Source of the DNA: Azolla caroliniana
Taxonomy: Eukaryota > Plantae > Polypodiophyta
Direction: 5' to 3'
DNA length: 64,000 nt
NCBI GenBank assembly: GCA_043228905.1
Contig: JBHGNT010000017.1
Location: 15,376,001-15,440,000 of the forward strand
Positions 23,017 through 35,967 of the stretch are shown in pieces (positions within the stretch are counted from its first letter, which is position 1; every line of letters begins with the position of its first letter). The position numbers were made by a program, and so were the translations under genes. Below the pieces are notes generated by a model. It searched no databases and was not told the DNA's origin. It saw only the letters and a list, made by a program, of their open reading frames with translations.

Positions 23017-24317
23017 TGTCGTGAAGATCCGTCACTACGCGCGGATCGTGAGGCGGAACCACCGGGGTTCTGGACCGGAAGGATTCAAAGTCGGTACAAG
23101 CTTTGGCGCAAGCTTTAGCGAGAAAGTACTTAAGATAGATTGGGAAAGAGAGAAGTTGAGATCACACGATTGAGAGAGATTGATTGAACTTTTAACTTTA
23201 GATTTAAGAAACAAGTTACACGATCAATTTGATAACGAATTTCTTCCTCTTAATTTTCATAAAATAAACGTGTTTTTTCTCCTCCCCCTTCCTTCTTTTA
23301 TAGATGCTCCCATGCATATGATGCATGTGAGGGTACGAAACATGCATAAATTGCATGTTTGCCATTTGGCGCTTATGTATTACATGTGGTGCATGATAAC
23401 CATGTCACTCATTTTAGCTCTCATGTATGAGAATTTACATGTAAAAGTACAATGATAGAAATATAATTTCAATTAAATAGCATGGCTTAATGGTAAGCCA
23501 ATTGACTCCTAACTTGGAGGTGCAAGGTTCGAATCCTTACTTGCCCTCCTTGTATATATATATATGTATATATATTTATATATTTATTTATCTAGTCGCC
23601 GGACGCCGGTTCGTCGGATGCCGTCGATTACTGGTGCCGTCGCCGGTTGCCGCCAGATGCCGTTGTCTCACCGGCGCCGGATACCGGTGCTGCCGTCGGA
23701 TCACCGGCTCCATCGCCGGTCCGGTTTTGGTTGGCCAAAACCCTTTACGAGTAGTTAGCCCACCTCCACTCTTAGTCTCTATGCTCCACATTTATTTATC
23801 TAGTCGCCGAACGCCGGTTCGTCGGATGCCGTCGGTTACCGGTGCCGTCGCTGGTTGCCGCCGGATGCCGTTGTCTCACCGGCGCCGGATACCGATGCTG
23901 CCGCCGGATGCCAAATTGCCGTCGGATCACCGGCTCCATCGCCGGTCCGGTTTTGGTTGGCCAAAACCCTTTACAAGTAGTTAGCCCACCTCCACTCTTA
24001 GTCTCTATGCTCCACACATAGACACAAAGATAATATCTTTTGCTCTACCTTATATATGATGAGAGCCGTATTTGTCGTGTCTATGTGGGATATCTCACAA
24101 TTTTCTCTTTTCCTTTCACAAACTTTATACCCTCATATCTTGACATTTAGTTGTCTGTTTCTCTTGTAATAAAGTGCATTCGAAACCTCCATCATTTTGT
24201 ACTTAGATATTAAATTTATTTAAAATGTTATCTTCACAATTATTGTATTATGTGATTCATACTCGATTTCGTACGTTTTATGGGACTTTCACACTATTGC
24301 CGAAATTCTTCACGACA
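23017..24317 (-). repeat. Element D 3' LTR (1301 bp, with internal duplication)
   Basis: Direct repeat of 35968-37023 plus an extra ~210-bp unit. Confidence 0.95.
23476..23546 (+). other. tRNA-derived (Arg-like) Pol III module inside the D LTR
   Basis: A box TGGCTTAATGG in a GGCTTA/TAAGCC stem; CTCCTAA anticodon-like loop; B box GGTTCGAATCC in an AAGG/CCTT stem; acceptor stem decayed. Confidence 0.75.
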
Positions 24318-24389
24318 TCCACCCCCACCAAACCGCACGTCCTCCGGTACGTGCCAAGAAGAGAGAAAGTGAGATTTCGGCTACGATGA

Positions 24390-27300
24390 TCAATTAGATT
24401 CCTCCATGTCTTCATTTTCATTCGGCCTATTATGTTCATTGTCGAGGTAATCGAGGTCAAGATCCTTGTCTTGTCTTTTCTTGAAAATCTTTACTCTTTT
24501 TCCCGCAATGGGTACGGCCAACCTTGATCCGTCTAGTTCCGCAAGGTGGTATGTGGCATTATCGTTGGCACTTGTCACCACATACGGCCCGAACCATCTT
24601 CTTGCGAACTTCCTTGTTGTACTGTGTTGATTGTCAAGGGTGTTGTCGTAAACCAAAACCCAATCCCCTTCTTCAATCTTCTTGGGACGAAGTTGATGTG
24701 TGTTGTCGAACCGAACCTTGTTCTTTACTCGGGCTGCCTTCATCATCTTTCGCGCTTTTTCTAAATCTTCAGGTCTTCTTTCAAGTTGCCTTAACCACGC
24801 CGCTAATAACTCTTCTCGGCTCATCTCGTTCTCCCACGGTATCGCTACCCATGAGGCGATCGTCCTTTCGATGGGCATAATCGGCTTTTGTCCATACATA
24901 AGCTCCGTCGGCATATACCCTGTCACCGAGCTATGTGTCGTTCTATCGGCCCACAAGGCATAGGGTAATAGTCATGGCCAATTCCCGACTCGACCGTTGC
25001 ATGCCCGTACGATGGCTTTAACGATAGGTCCATGCCCTCGCTCGATCTTCCCATTCGCTTCCGGATTGTAGGCAGTCGTGAGGGAGAGCTTCACGCCTAG
25101 TCTTTCGAAGAGCTTTGTCGCTTCGTGCGCGTCCAACTCCCCTCCATCGGCCACTATCTTCCCTATACATCCATATCGGCAAACAACCTCTTCAATCAGA
25201 AATTTGCAAACGGCTGAAGTCGTCTTATTTGTCAAGGCTCGTCCTTCCACTTGATTCGTCAAGTCTTCCCTCGCTAGCGCTAAGTACTTCATTTGTCCCA
25301 CTCTCATTGGCATCAAGACCAGATCCACCATCCATTTGAAGTGTATGGTGAGTGGGTATGTCGGTTGTAACTCATCACGATGACGTATATTTGAATATAT
25401 TTGGCAAGTTTCGCATGTGGACACAAAATGGAGTACATCTTTGTACATGCTTGGCCACTAGTACTTCTCCTTCAACTTTTCGAACGTCGCCCATGTTCCT
25501 CTATGACCTGTCCAAGCACTCTCGTGGAATTCGGTCATCAGTGTCTCTTGCTCTTCTTTCTTTACCACCACTCGACGTGGTATTCCTGTCCTTCTTTTTG
25601 GATGTCGCCAAAGGAATCCTCCCTTCAAGAAGTATCGGTAAGCTTTCTTTCAGATCCGTAGGGCCTCCTCCTTTGTCAACGAAGCATCTGTCATCAATGT
25701 TCTTAGGAATCTACCGATGAGTAACCACTCTCCTTCATACTCGTTCTCGTTGAAGGCGTGGAGGGTTTGCGTGTCCTGGTCTTCCGCCGACAATCGAGCC
25801 ATCTTAAAGAAGTCGAGGGCGACATCTTCATCTTCCGAAACCATGTTACTTCCGTTTGAAAATCTTGCCCTCGACAGCATGTCAGCCATGGCGTTCTTCT
25901 TCCTTGCAATGTGACGGATCTCTGGGTTTAAAGACTTGATGTAGGCGATCCACCTTAGCATAGCAAGATCTAGGGTCGCACATCCCGAGACCATTCCGAG
26001 AATTGGGAGACAATCTGTCTCTATTATCACTTCTGACCCGATCAGGTAATCTTTGTCCGTCTTCACTGCCGACACAATACCCCAAAGTTCCTGCTTGACT
26101 TGGGCATATCTTTGTTGTCGTTCGCTGAGAACCTTTGCTCCGAACCGGACGGCATATCGCGCATTATCTTCACCTTCTTGATTGATGACCCACCCGATTC
26201 CGGTTGGGCTCGTATCTACGGTCACGTAAATTGGTTTCCCTTCGGCATAGTCGGCCTTCCTTAGTGCCGGAGCTTCAAGAAGCAGTTTCTTTAATCTTCG
26301 CATCACCTTTGTGTGCTCATCTCGCCATTCGAACTTTATTCTTTTCTTTAGTAGTCCATATAACGGTTCGGCGACATGAGCGTAGTGAGGAATCCATATA
26401 TGATAAAACGTGCACGCTCCAAGGAACCTTCGAACCTCCGTTTGGTTTTCGCATTCTTCTTTCATGTCTTGGATTGCGTTCACTTTGGATGGCGAGGGCT
26501 TCCGGCCGTATGCTCCACACAAGTGACCTACCACCAAGATCTCCGGTTGCCCGAATGCAGATTTTTCTCCCGAAAATGTCAAATTCGCATCTTCGAGCCT
26601 TTGAAGCACCTTCTCGCAATCTTTCATATGATCCGCAACGAACTTTCTACAACCTTCCTTATCTTTCGATTCATCTTTCTCCTCATCCGAACATCCTTTT
26701 ATCGGAATATCATCCAATAATGGCATCGTGATGTCCGGAATGCAATCCTTCAAGACTTTATTCATGGCATTCACCATATGAGCCACCGAGTTCGTTGCGC
26801 CTTGGGGTAAGGTACACATCCGCACAAGCCCGATCGGAGTCCTCATGGTTGTAATGTCCCGACTGTCGATCGCCAATTGGAATTGGTCATATCCGGAGTA
26901 GAGATCGCCAATGGAGTAGATGGACCGGCCCGCAAACGCTTCGGCAAATTCGTCCACGCTTGGACCGATTCCGGCATTTCGAATTGTCACCTTATTGACG
27001 GGTTGAAGATCTTGGATGAATCGCAATGATCCATTCTTCTTCGGCACCGTGAACCACCTATTGGAATAAGGAGCATTCGACGGTTCTAGAATTCCCATAC
27101 TCACCTTCTCCTTTAAGAGCTCGATCAGCTTCGGAAGGTGTGCTCTTGGAACCGGTATCGGTTTCAAATTCCAAGGCACATGAGGCACCGTGAAGATCAC
27201 CATCGCCTCTATAACCTTTGGGTCGGCGCATCCGATTTCTCGTGGGAAGAATGCGAAAGCCTTCCCATGTCCCTCAAGCATATCGCGAAACATTCGCTCC

Positions 27301-27809
27301 TCTTCAGGGAGAAGGAAATCGTCCTTTCCGACTCGTAGCTTCCCCTTCGTCTCTTTGGTGAAGACATGACCTATCTTCTTCGGATCTCTTAAGCTTGGAT
27401 CGTTAGCGACTTCCTTCATCTTTTTCCAACTATCTTCCGGTAGCGGAACCGCAACTGGTTTGATCTTCTTATCCACCGTTTTATACTTCGTGTTGATGTC
27501 AGCTTCCTTCATCGAGATGCCACGACGGTATTCATCGATGATGGCGTACATGTTGACGGAGTTAACCGAAATCACGCGTTGGTTGTGAAGATAGCTCAAG
27601 TCCACGAGGTCCTCGATTTCGCCGATGGTGTCGTTAAATGAGGCTTCTTCCATAATATGAGCCACGAACTCTCCTTCTTCTATTATGTTCTCTTCTTTCA
27701 GCATCTTCTCGAATTCTTGTATCCGGCGCTTGTGCTTCTTGTCGGGTAGGACTAGTTTACAGGCGCCACTATGTGTGACACATGTTGCTTCTCCTTGCAA
27801 TCCACGCAC
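24390..27809 (-). pseudogene. pol: Element D pol (RT, RNase H, integrase) with frameshifts
   Basis: DLYSGYDQF, TLPQGATNSV, MPLLDDIPIKG, VDTSPTGIGW, KWMVDLV, YNPEANGKIERGH, WFGPY. Confidence 0.95.
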
Positions 27810-27839
27810 TCTTCTTTCTTGTGGGTTCTTGTGATTGCT

Positions 27840-29620
27840 CGGACTATTTGTGCCCCATGCTTCAATAGTCCACTCTAAAAATCCGAGGATTCGCCTCCTA
27901 GACTATCTCAATTCCTTTCATGATTGGCTCGCACCGTTAGGAATTGGACCGATCTTTGGTTGTCAAGACTCTTTATTCATGCGAAGGCTGCTCCATTATC
28001 GAACACTTTGGTCTCCATCCGAGATGATGTGATATAAGGTTGCCCTAGGATGACAGGATGCGACGCCGATTCTTGTACGAAGAAGTGTTGATCCATCTCC
28101 ACATCCCCGATCGTGACTTTGACATTGGGACAAGCTCCGTACAAATCCTCCGTACACTTTGTTGCCACGCAAATCTTCCATCCGTGGTTTGTATTGATTG
28201 GCCATCTTCCTTTTTTGTAGAAGTCGGTTGACATGAGGTTGATCTCCAAGCCGTGGTCGATCAAGGCTACCACGGTCTCTTTCTTCTCCCCGATCTTCAC
28301 CGGCGTCTCCGTTGTCGCTCGTGCCCAATGAGATCGAGTGTAGTGGCTGTCCACCATATCTTCATCGATTTCGTCTCTTGCCATCGTTATGGCATTCGTT
28401 TTTGCTTTTTGCGGCTTCTCTTCTTCCTCGTCCGATTGTTGTCTCTTTCTCTTTACAAGGTCCACGATCGTGTCATGGAACTCCTTCTTCGTAATGCCAA
28501 GCAATTCCCTCAAGGACAAAGTTACGTGGCTATCAAGAACTCGTTCTTCGAGAATCTTCTTTAGGTCCGTCGTCTGCTCTATGTCCGACCTTAGCTTATA
28601 GGTAGGTATAGTCCTTGTCCTCCGAGCGGGGTCTTCAACACCAACCTTCACGGGCCAAACCGTTTCTTCAACTCGTATGCCCGGCTCCCCTTTTCGGCTT
28701 GATTCTCGTTCCTCCGTTTGTAAAGGTCGACTCGTCTCCGCATCGTCCTTCTTTTTCGCGTTCCTTGTTTCATGTCTTTTTGATGGGCCTTGCTCTTCTA
28801 TTCTCTTTCTCTTTTCTTCGACGAACACCTCATGGTTGTCGCACATCACCTCTACGAGTATGGTGTTGTCGTCCACCGGATCCGACCACCCGATTATGCT
28901 TTGCACGCTTCGGTCCGCAAGCTCTACCTCGTTCGATGTGACTTTTCCCTTCTTCTCATATTCGAGAACGGAAGTCCAAAACTTTGCTCCCGCTCTAGCA
29001 GCTTCAGTCTTGTCTTTCCCGACTCTTATTCCGGCCGACGCAGCATAGTGCATCGCATCCACATGAGTCGCATCGGCATCCTCCATAGATTTCTTCATTC
29101 CTCCTCTTCCGAAATTCACCCGTAGGGGTCTTCTAGTCTCGCTTGAGCAGATCATGTTGTCCTCTATGTATACGATATTTTGTCGAATCGCCTCTCGAAG
29201 GCTCGCACAATCCCTTCTCATGTGGTTCATGCTATCGCACCACACGCATCTAAAGGGTTCTTTTCCTTTAGGGCCCTGACGATTCATGTTGGCTAGCGTG
29301 ACCTTCTCGAACTTCTTCGCTAGCTCTTCAATGATGTCGTCATCAATCTTCTTTTCTTCCACGTTACTTTGTCTTGGCGGCTCAGCTACTTTCGGCGGTC
29401 TTGCTTTCTCCGTGGTAGTCGGTCCCGTCAAGTCGGTGTCATCAACCCTTTGGCGACGCTTGTCGAGCCTATTGCATGCCTGCTTCACCGCGATCCAGTC
29501 CGCTACGAGCCCATTTGCTTGGGTATCATCTTCGAGAAGAGTCCCCAACTCCCATCTATCCTTTATGTCCACGGCCTTCAAGAAGTACAAAGTCTTATCC
29601 TCTTCAAGCAACACTTGGTC
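27840..29620 (-). pseudogene. gag: Element D gag C-terminal part and protease
   Basis: CVWCDSMNHMRRDC knuckle; ALIDHGLEINLM and VILGQPY aspartic-protease-like motifs. Confidence 0.9.
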
Positions 29621-29625
29621 TGTAT

Positions 29626-30445
29626 TGTTGGGAGACAGGTCCCTCTGGATGGGAAGGGAGAAGAACAGTGCCGATGAACAAACTCGGCCGAGGCCGATAG
29701 GCCGAGGCAGAAACCGTATGAGTACCCGGCTACGGAGAGCCGGATGGTGCAGGCTCGGTATGAACCGGATGAGGAGTACCCGGCTATGGAGAGCCGGATG
29801 GTGCAGGCCCGGTATGAACCGGATGAGTACCCGGCTACGGAGAGCCGGATGGTGCAGACCCGGTATGAACCGGATGAGGAGTACCCGGCTACGGAGAGCC
29901 GGATGGTGCAGACCCGGTACGAACCGGATGAGGAGTACCCGGCTACGGAGAGCCGAATGGTGCAGACCCGGTATGAACCAGAGGAAGAGACATATTCGTA
30001 AATATGTTTCTGAGAGCCCATCGTGGCTATATTTGTAAATAGCCGAAAAGTCATATTAGTATAAATATGACTTAGGGCAAACTAATATGTGGTTGGTTTT
30101 TTTTTTTTTGTTGGTGCAAGAAGAAGAGAGAGCACGTAACGTTGAACAGAGAGAGAGAGAGAGAGAGAAAGAGGTCGTTGCCTCTGTTGTAACCGCCGCC
30201 TGTGGCGAAGATCGTGAGTCCGAGGTCGTTGCCTCCGTGAACTCACTGTTTTGTACATTCATACATAGTGACAGTTTGCAGCCTGAGGGCTGCCGTGGTT
30301 TTTCCCCTAGTTTGGGGTTTTCCACGTTAACCTCCTGTGTATCTTCCTCTCCTTTGTGTCGTGTTTTCGTTTCCTATTTTCTGTGTATGAAAAGAATCTC
30401 GGTTGTGGCCGAGCTTTGTGCATAAGGAGCGTTAAGTTCCTGTCA
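29626..30445 (+). repeat. Element F 5' LTR (five 54-bp units)
   Basis: Direct repeat of 34512-35447. Confidence 0.96.
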
Positions 30446-30475
30446 AGGGGTATCAGAGCGAAATCAACACAGAAA

Positions 30476-33400
30476 ATGGACGAATCGTTTGACGGCATGT
30501 TCAAGCTCACCGGCTCCAACTATTCAGTGTGGAAGTCGAACATGAGGGACATGCTTGTGGTTAAAGACCTCTGGTTGCCGGTTCAGTTCGGGGACAAGAG
30601 ACCGGACAAAATCGACGCCGCGATATGGGAGGTGATGCACATGAAGACAACGGCGTACGTATGGTGCTTCATCGACATGAGCCTATACAACAACTTCAAT
30701 GAAGAGAGCAAGACTCATGAGCTCTGGGAGAAGATCGGCATAATGTTCCAAAACAAAAATGTTGTTAACCAGGTTTCGGTATTCCAGAAGCTAGTAAGAC
30801 TCCGGTACCAAGATGGCTCCAGCATGGCGGAGCACATGAATGCCTTCCAGGGGCTGATCCACTAGGCAACGTCATTGGAAGTACCTCTTGCCGACGAGGT
30901 ACTAGCGCTACTCCTGCTCGGTTCCCTCCCGGATAGCTGGGAGACGTTGGTTGTCACTTTGGGCAACGCCAGGCCGGAAGGAAAGCGGTTATCCCTAGCA
31001 AGAGTAAAGTCGAGCTTGCTAGATGAGGAGGCGCGTCGTAAAGATAAAGATACGAGCTCCGACTCCAAAGCGCTCCTTACCGAATCAGAACGCGGAAGAC
31101 ATAGAAACCGTAGTCCCCAGAACCACGAGAAGTCGGGGACACGGTCAAAGTCAAGGGGGAGGCCTACTTGCTTCTATTGCGGCAAGCCGGGACACTTCCA
31201 AAAGAACTGTCGGCATTTCCGTAAACACAAGGAAACCGATGGTACTGATTCGAAGCAAACCCCGGACCGGAACGGTAAAGACCAGAGGGGGCCGGACCGG
31301 AAGGGAACGACGGCAATCGCGGCAAGTGAAGAGGAGTTGATGCTCATCACCGAGGAGAGTGAGATAAACCTTGCCGGCGACGAGATGACCTGGGTGGTAG
31401 ACTACGGAGCGTCGTTCCACCTTACCCCGGACCGGAAATGCTTCTCATCCTACTCAGCCGGTGACCACGGCTGTGTCCGGATGGGGAATGAAGGTACATG
31501 CCGAATTATCGGCATAGGAGACGTGTGGCTGACAACACCAACCGGATGCAAGTTGCTGTTGAAGGATGTCCGACACGTTCCGGAGGTTCGTCTGAACCTG
31601 ATATCAGCCGGTCGGCTAGATGATGAAGGCTACACGGGTAGCATCCGGAACGGTGTCATGAAGTTCAGCAAAGGGAGCCTGATTGTGGCTCGGGCCCGGA
31701 AGGTAAACACGTTGTACCTGATGAATGCCCGGTTATGTCCGGAAGAAGTGAACGTGGAATCCGACACTGCCGGTGAGCTGTGGCACAAGAGACTGTGTCA
31801 TATGAGCGAGAAGGGGATGAGGAGGCTTGCAGATGACAACCTCATTCCAGTGAAGAACGTGCACTTAGAGAAGTGCACTGATTGTCTGGCCGGTAAGCAG
31901 AACCGGACCTCCTTCTGACCAAGGCCACCGATGAGACGTAATGCACCACTAGAGTTGGTGCATACGGATGTGTGTCAAGTAGACACGAAGTCACATGCCG
32001 GAGCGCAGTACTTCGTAACGTTCATAGATGACCACAGCCGGAAGTTGTGGGCCATACTGTTGAAAACAAAGGATCAGGTGTTATCCGTCTTCAAAGAGCT
32101 CCACGCGAGAGTGGAAAGAGAAACCGGCCGGAAGCTGAAGGCGGTTCGAGAATATAATGGAAGAGAGTACCGGGGGCAGTTCGAGGAGTACTGCCGCTCG
32201 AGGGGAATCCGGCTCGAATTTACCGTGCTGAAGACGCCGGAACTAAACGGGCTGCCCGAGAGGATGAACCGGACCATAATGGAAAGGGTCCGGAATATGC
32301 TAGCGCATGCAAAACTACCCAAGAAGTTTTGGGCTGAGGCACTGTCGACGGCGACATATGTGATAAACAGATCACCCTCAGTACCCTTGGATGGAGACAC
32401 GCCACAGAGAGTATGGACCGGTAAGAAAGTGTCCTACCGGCATCTGAGGGTGTTCGGGTGTCTCGCGTACGTGCATGTAGCAAAGGACCGAAGAGGAAAG
32501 TTAGATCCAAAGACCCAGCCATGCATATTCCTCGGCTACCGAGTGTGGGACCCGGTCGACAAGAAGGTATTCCGGAGTCAAGATATTATCTTCATGGAGG
32601 ACAAGACGCTTGCCGACTGGGAGTCGGAGAAGAAGATAATGAACTCCGAGTCGACCGGTAAGGATACACTCTACGATGAGCAGACCCAACCGGCAAGAGA
32701 CCGGTTAGCACTCGAGGAACCAGTCGGTTACAGTGAGGATACCGAACCGGCAGAAGAAGAAGTAGAGGAAGCTGAAACCGGAACCGGCCAAGACCCCGAA
32801 TCGGATTCGGATGAAGAGCAAAGGGAGGAGCCGGTTATCGAAGCCCAAAGACGGAGATATCCTCTCAGAGAGAGAAAGGCCCCCCGGAGATTTCCGAATG
32901 CAAAGCATGTGCTGCTAACCGATGAGGGGGAGCCAGAAAGCTTCGAAGAAGCGAAGGATGACACCCACAGCCGCAAATTCTTAAGTGTCATGCAAGATGA
33001 CATGGATTCCCTGCATGAGAACCATACGTACGAATTGTTGGAGTTGCCGAAAGGAAAGCGGGCACTCCGAAACAAGTGGGTGTACAAGTTGAAACCGGGA
33101 GATGTCGGCAACCCCCCGAGATACAAAGCCAAGATCGTGGTGAAGGGGTTCCAACAGAAGAAGGGCGTGGACTTCGACGAGATATTGGCCCTGGTAGTAA
33201 AGATGACCTCCATCCGGACGGTGCTGAGTATAGCAGCAAGCATGGACCTCGAGCTAGAGCAGCTGGACGTGAAGATGGCATTCCTTCACGGCGACCTTGA
33301 AGAGGAGATCTACATGCAGCAACTGGAAGGATTTGTGGAGAAAGGGAAGGAGCACCTGGTATGCCGGTTGAAGAAGAGCCTGTTCGGACTGAAGCAGGCT

Positions 33401-34501
33401 CCCCGGCAATGGTACCAGAACATCGACTCCTTCATGACCGATCAAGGGTACCACAAGACACAGGCCGATCACTGCGTGTTTGTGAAGAAGTTTGAAGGAG
33501 GGCACTTCTTGATACTCCTCCTGGACGTGGATGACATGTTGATCGTCGGACGAGACCAAGTAAAAATACGGATGCTGAAGAAGGCTCTCAACCGGACCTT
33601 CTCAATGAAAGACTTGGGTCCGGCAAGACAGATGTTGGGGATGCACATCATTCGGGACTGGTCAGTGAAGCAATTATGGTTGTCACAGGAGAAGTACGTG
33701 ACAAAGGTGCTTCACCGGTTCAACATGTCAGATGCGAAACCGGTCGGATCGACACTTCCGGCAAACTGCAAGCTATCCGGCAAGCAAAGCCCGAAGACGA
33801 AAGGAGAGAAGGCAGATATGATGAAGATTCCATATGCCTCTGCCGTCGGGAGCTTGATGTACGCAATGGTCTGTACCCGACCAGATATTGGACACGCAGT
33901 CGGAGTGGTGAGCCGGTTCATGAGTAATCCCGGCAAGGAGCACTGGAACGCAGTCAAATGGATACTCCGGTATTTGAAGGGCACTTCAAATATGTGTCTC
34001 CGATTCGGCTCCGGAAAACCTCAACTGGACGGTTTCACCGATTCGGACATGTCGGCTGATGTAGATACCAGCCGGTCTACATCTGGGTATGTGATGACAT
34101 ATGCAGGGGGAGCTGTTTCGTGGCAGTCGAGGCTGCAGAAGACGGTTGCATTGTCAACCACAGAGGCGGAGTACATGGCGGCTGTGGAAGCCGGCAAGGA
34201 AATATTATGGATGAAGGACTTCATCGGAGAGCTCGGTATCCGGCAAGAGGAATACCGACTCTACTGCGACAGTCAAAGTGCCATCCACCTTGCTAAGAAT
34301 GCGGCCTACCATTCCCGGACGAAGCATATCCAGCGGAGGTATCACTGGATCCGGGAAAGCGTAGATGTCTAGGAGTTTGCACTGACGAAGATCCACACGG
34401 CCGAGAACGGGTCAGATATGTTGACCAAAGTGCTAACACCCGACAAGCTGGAAGCATGCCGGAAGAGGATCGGACTGGTAAGACACCCCATGCCGAAGTG
34501 A
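30476..34501 (+). pseudogene. gag-pol: Element F gag-pol, single frame with three premature stops
   Basis: ORFs 30356, 30875 and 31931 share one frame; stops end at 30865, 31918 and 34372; all Copia domains present. Confidence 0.95.
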
Positions 34502-34511
34502 AGGGGGAGTT

Positions 34512-35447
34512 TGTTGGGAGACAGGTCCCTCCGGATGGGAAGGGAGAAGAACAGTGCCGATGAACAAACTCGGCCGAGGCCGATAAGCCGAGGCCGAAAC
34601 CTTATGAGGAGTACCCCGCTACGGAGAGCCGGATGGTGCAGGCCCGGAATGAACCGGATGAGGAGTACCCGGCTACGGAGAGCCGGATGGTGCAGGCCCG
34701 GTACGAACCGGATAAGGAGTACCCGGCTACGGAGAGCCGGATGGTGCAGGCCCGGTACGAACCGGATGAGGAGTACCCGGCTACGGAGAGCCGGATGGTG
34801 CAGGCCCGGTACAAACCGGATGAGGAGTACCCGGCTACGGAGAGCCGGATGGTCCAGGCCCGGTACGAACCGGATGAGGAGTACCCGGCTACGGAGAGCC
34901 GGATGGTGCAGGCCCGGTACGAACCGGATGAGGAGTACCCGGCTACGGAGAGCCGGATGGTGCAGACCCGGTATGAACTGGAGGAAGAGACATATTCGTA
35001 AATATGTTTCTGAGAGCCCATCGTGGCTATATTTGTAAATAGCCGAAAAGTCATATTAGTATAAATATGACTTAGGGCAAACTAATATGTGGTTGGTTTT
35101 TTTTTTTTTGTTGGTGCAAGAAGAAGAGAGAGCACGTAACGTTGTATAGAGAGAGAGAGAGAGAGAGAGAAAGAGGTCATTGCCTCTGTTGTAACCGCCG
35201 CCTGTGGCGAAGATCGTGAGTCCGAGGTCGTTGCCTCCGTGAACTCACTGTTTTGTACATTCATACATAGTGACAGTTTGCAGCCTAAGGGCTGCCGTGG
35301 TTTTTCCCCTAGTTTGGGGTTTTCCACGTTAACCTCCTGTGTATCTTCCTCTCCTTTGTGTCGTGTTTTCGTTTCCTGTTTTCTGTGTATGAAAAGAATC
35401 TCGGTTGTGGCCGAGCTTTGTGCATAAGGAGCGTTAAGTTCCCGTCA
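34512..35447 (+). repeat. Element F 3' LTR (seven 54-bp units)
   Basis: Matches 29626-30445. Confidence 0.96.
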
Positions 35448-35906
35448 CGTATTGGGGAGACGACTAAACATCTGGTCGAATTCGTCGTACACCCTCGAGA
35501 CGCTCATCTTCTTATTCTTCTTCTCTATCCACTTCATCAGGCCATGTCGAGTCATCCTCGTTGAGTCTTCAGTCACGAACTCCGCTAGTATCATTTTCTC
35601 GAACTCGGACCATGTTGTCTTACCTTCTTGAAGCTCAATGACGCGTCTTTGGATGTTGTTGTCGACAACTCTCTTGAAGCTTGCGATTTGACGTGCCTCG
35701 GACACGTCCATCTGATTCATCTCCCTTCTATATGCATCAAGGAACTTCGTAACGTTCCTTCCATCGAATTGGCCCTCGAGCTCTACGACACGATCGACAG
35801 CCTTCTCCACGCTCGCGTCGTTGTCCCGAGATCTCATCATTTGCTCAACGATTAGCATCATCCTTTCGAGCTCTCCTGCTTGGTTGCTTGAGGACGCCAT
35901 CTCCAA
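35448..35906 (-). pseudogene. gag: Element D gag, N-terminal part
   Basis: MASSSNQ...GQFDGRNVTKFLDAY...FDQMFSRLP; begins just downstream of the PBS. Confidence 0.88.
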
Positions 35907-35941
35907 GTATTAATCTCGACTTGATCCTTCCTACCGCCTCT

Positions 35942-35959
35942 TTCACGTCGGGTTCACCA
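35942..35959 (-). promoter_or_regulatory. Primer-binding site, tRNA-Trp
   Basis: Plus strand TTCACGTCGGGTTCACCA, 8 nt from the LTR; same 18-mer as the C PBS. Confidence 0.9.
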
Positions 35960-35967
35960 CTTTATTA

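Larger units (their letters stand above)
29626..35447 (+). mobile_element. Ty1/copia element F, full length
   Basis: LTRs 29626-30445 and 34512-35447; TSD TGTAT/CGTAT; PBS GGGTATCAGAGC (one change from the Met PBS); PPT GAAGGGGGAG. Confidence 0.97.

Noticed and set aside
23180-23455. 91-aa ORF duplicated at 36131-36406
   Set aside because: LTR sequence; the duplication only reflects the LTR pair.
23476-23546. Functional tRNA gene
   Set aside because: Acceptor and anticodon stems do not pair; kept only as a tRNA-derived module.
34605-34980. Regular repeat array as a CRISPR array or repeat protein (MVQARYEPDEEYPATESR)n
   Set aside because: Units are contiguous with no unique spacers, lie in an LTR, and are open only because the unit is 54 bp without stops.
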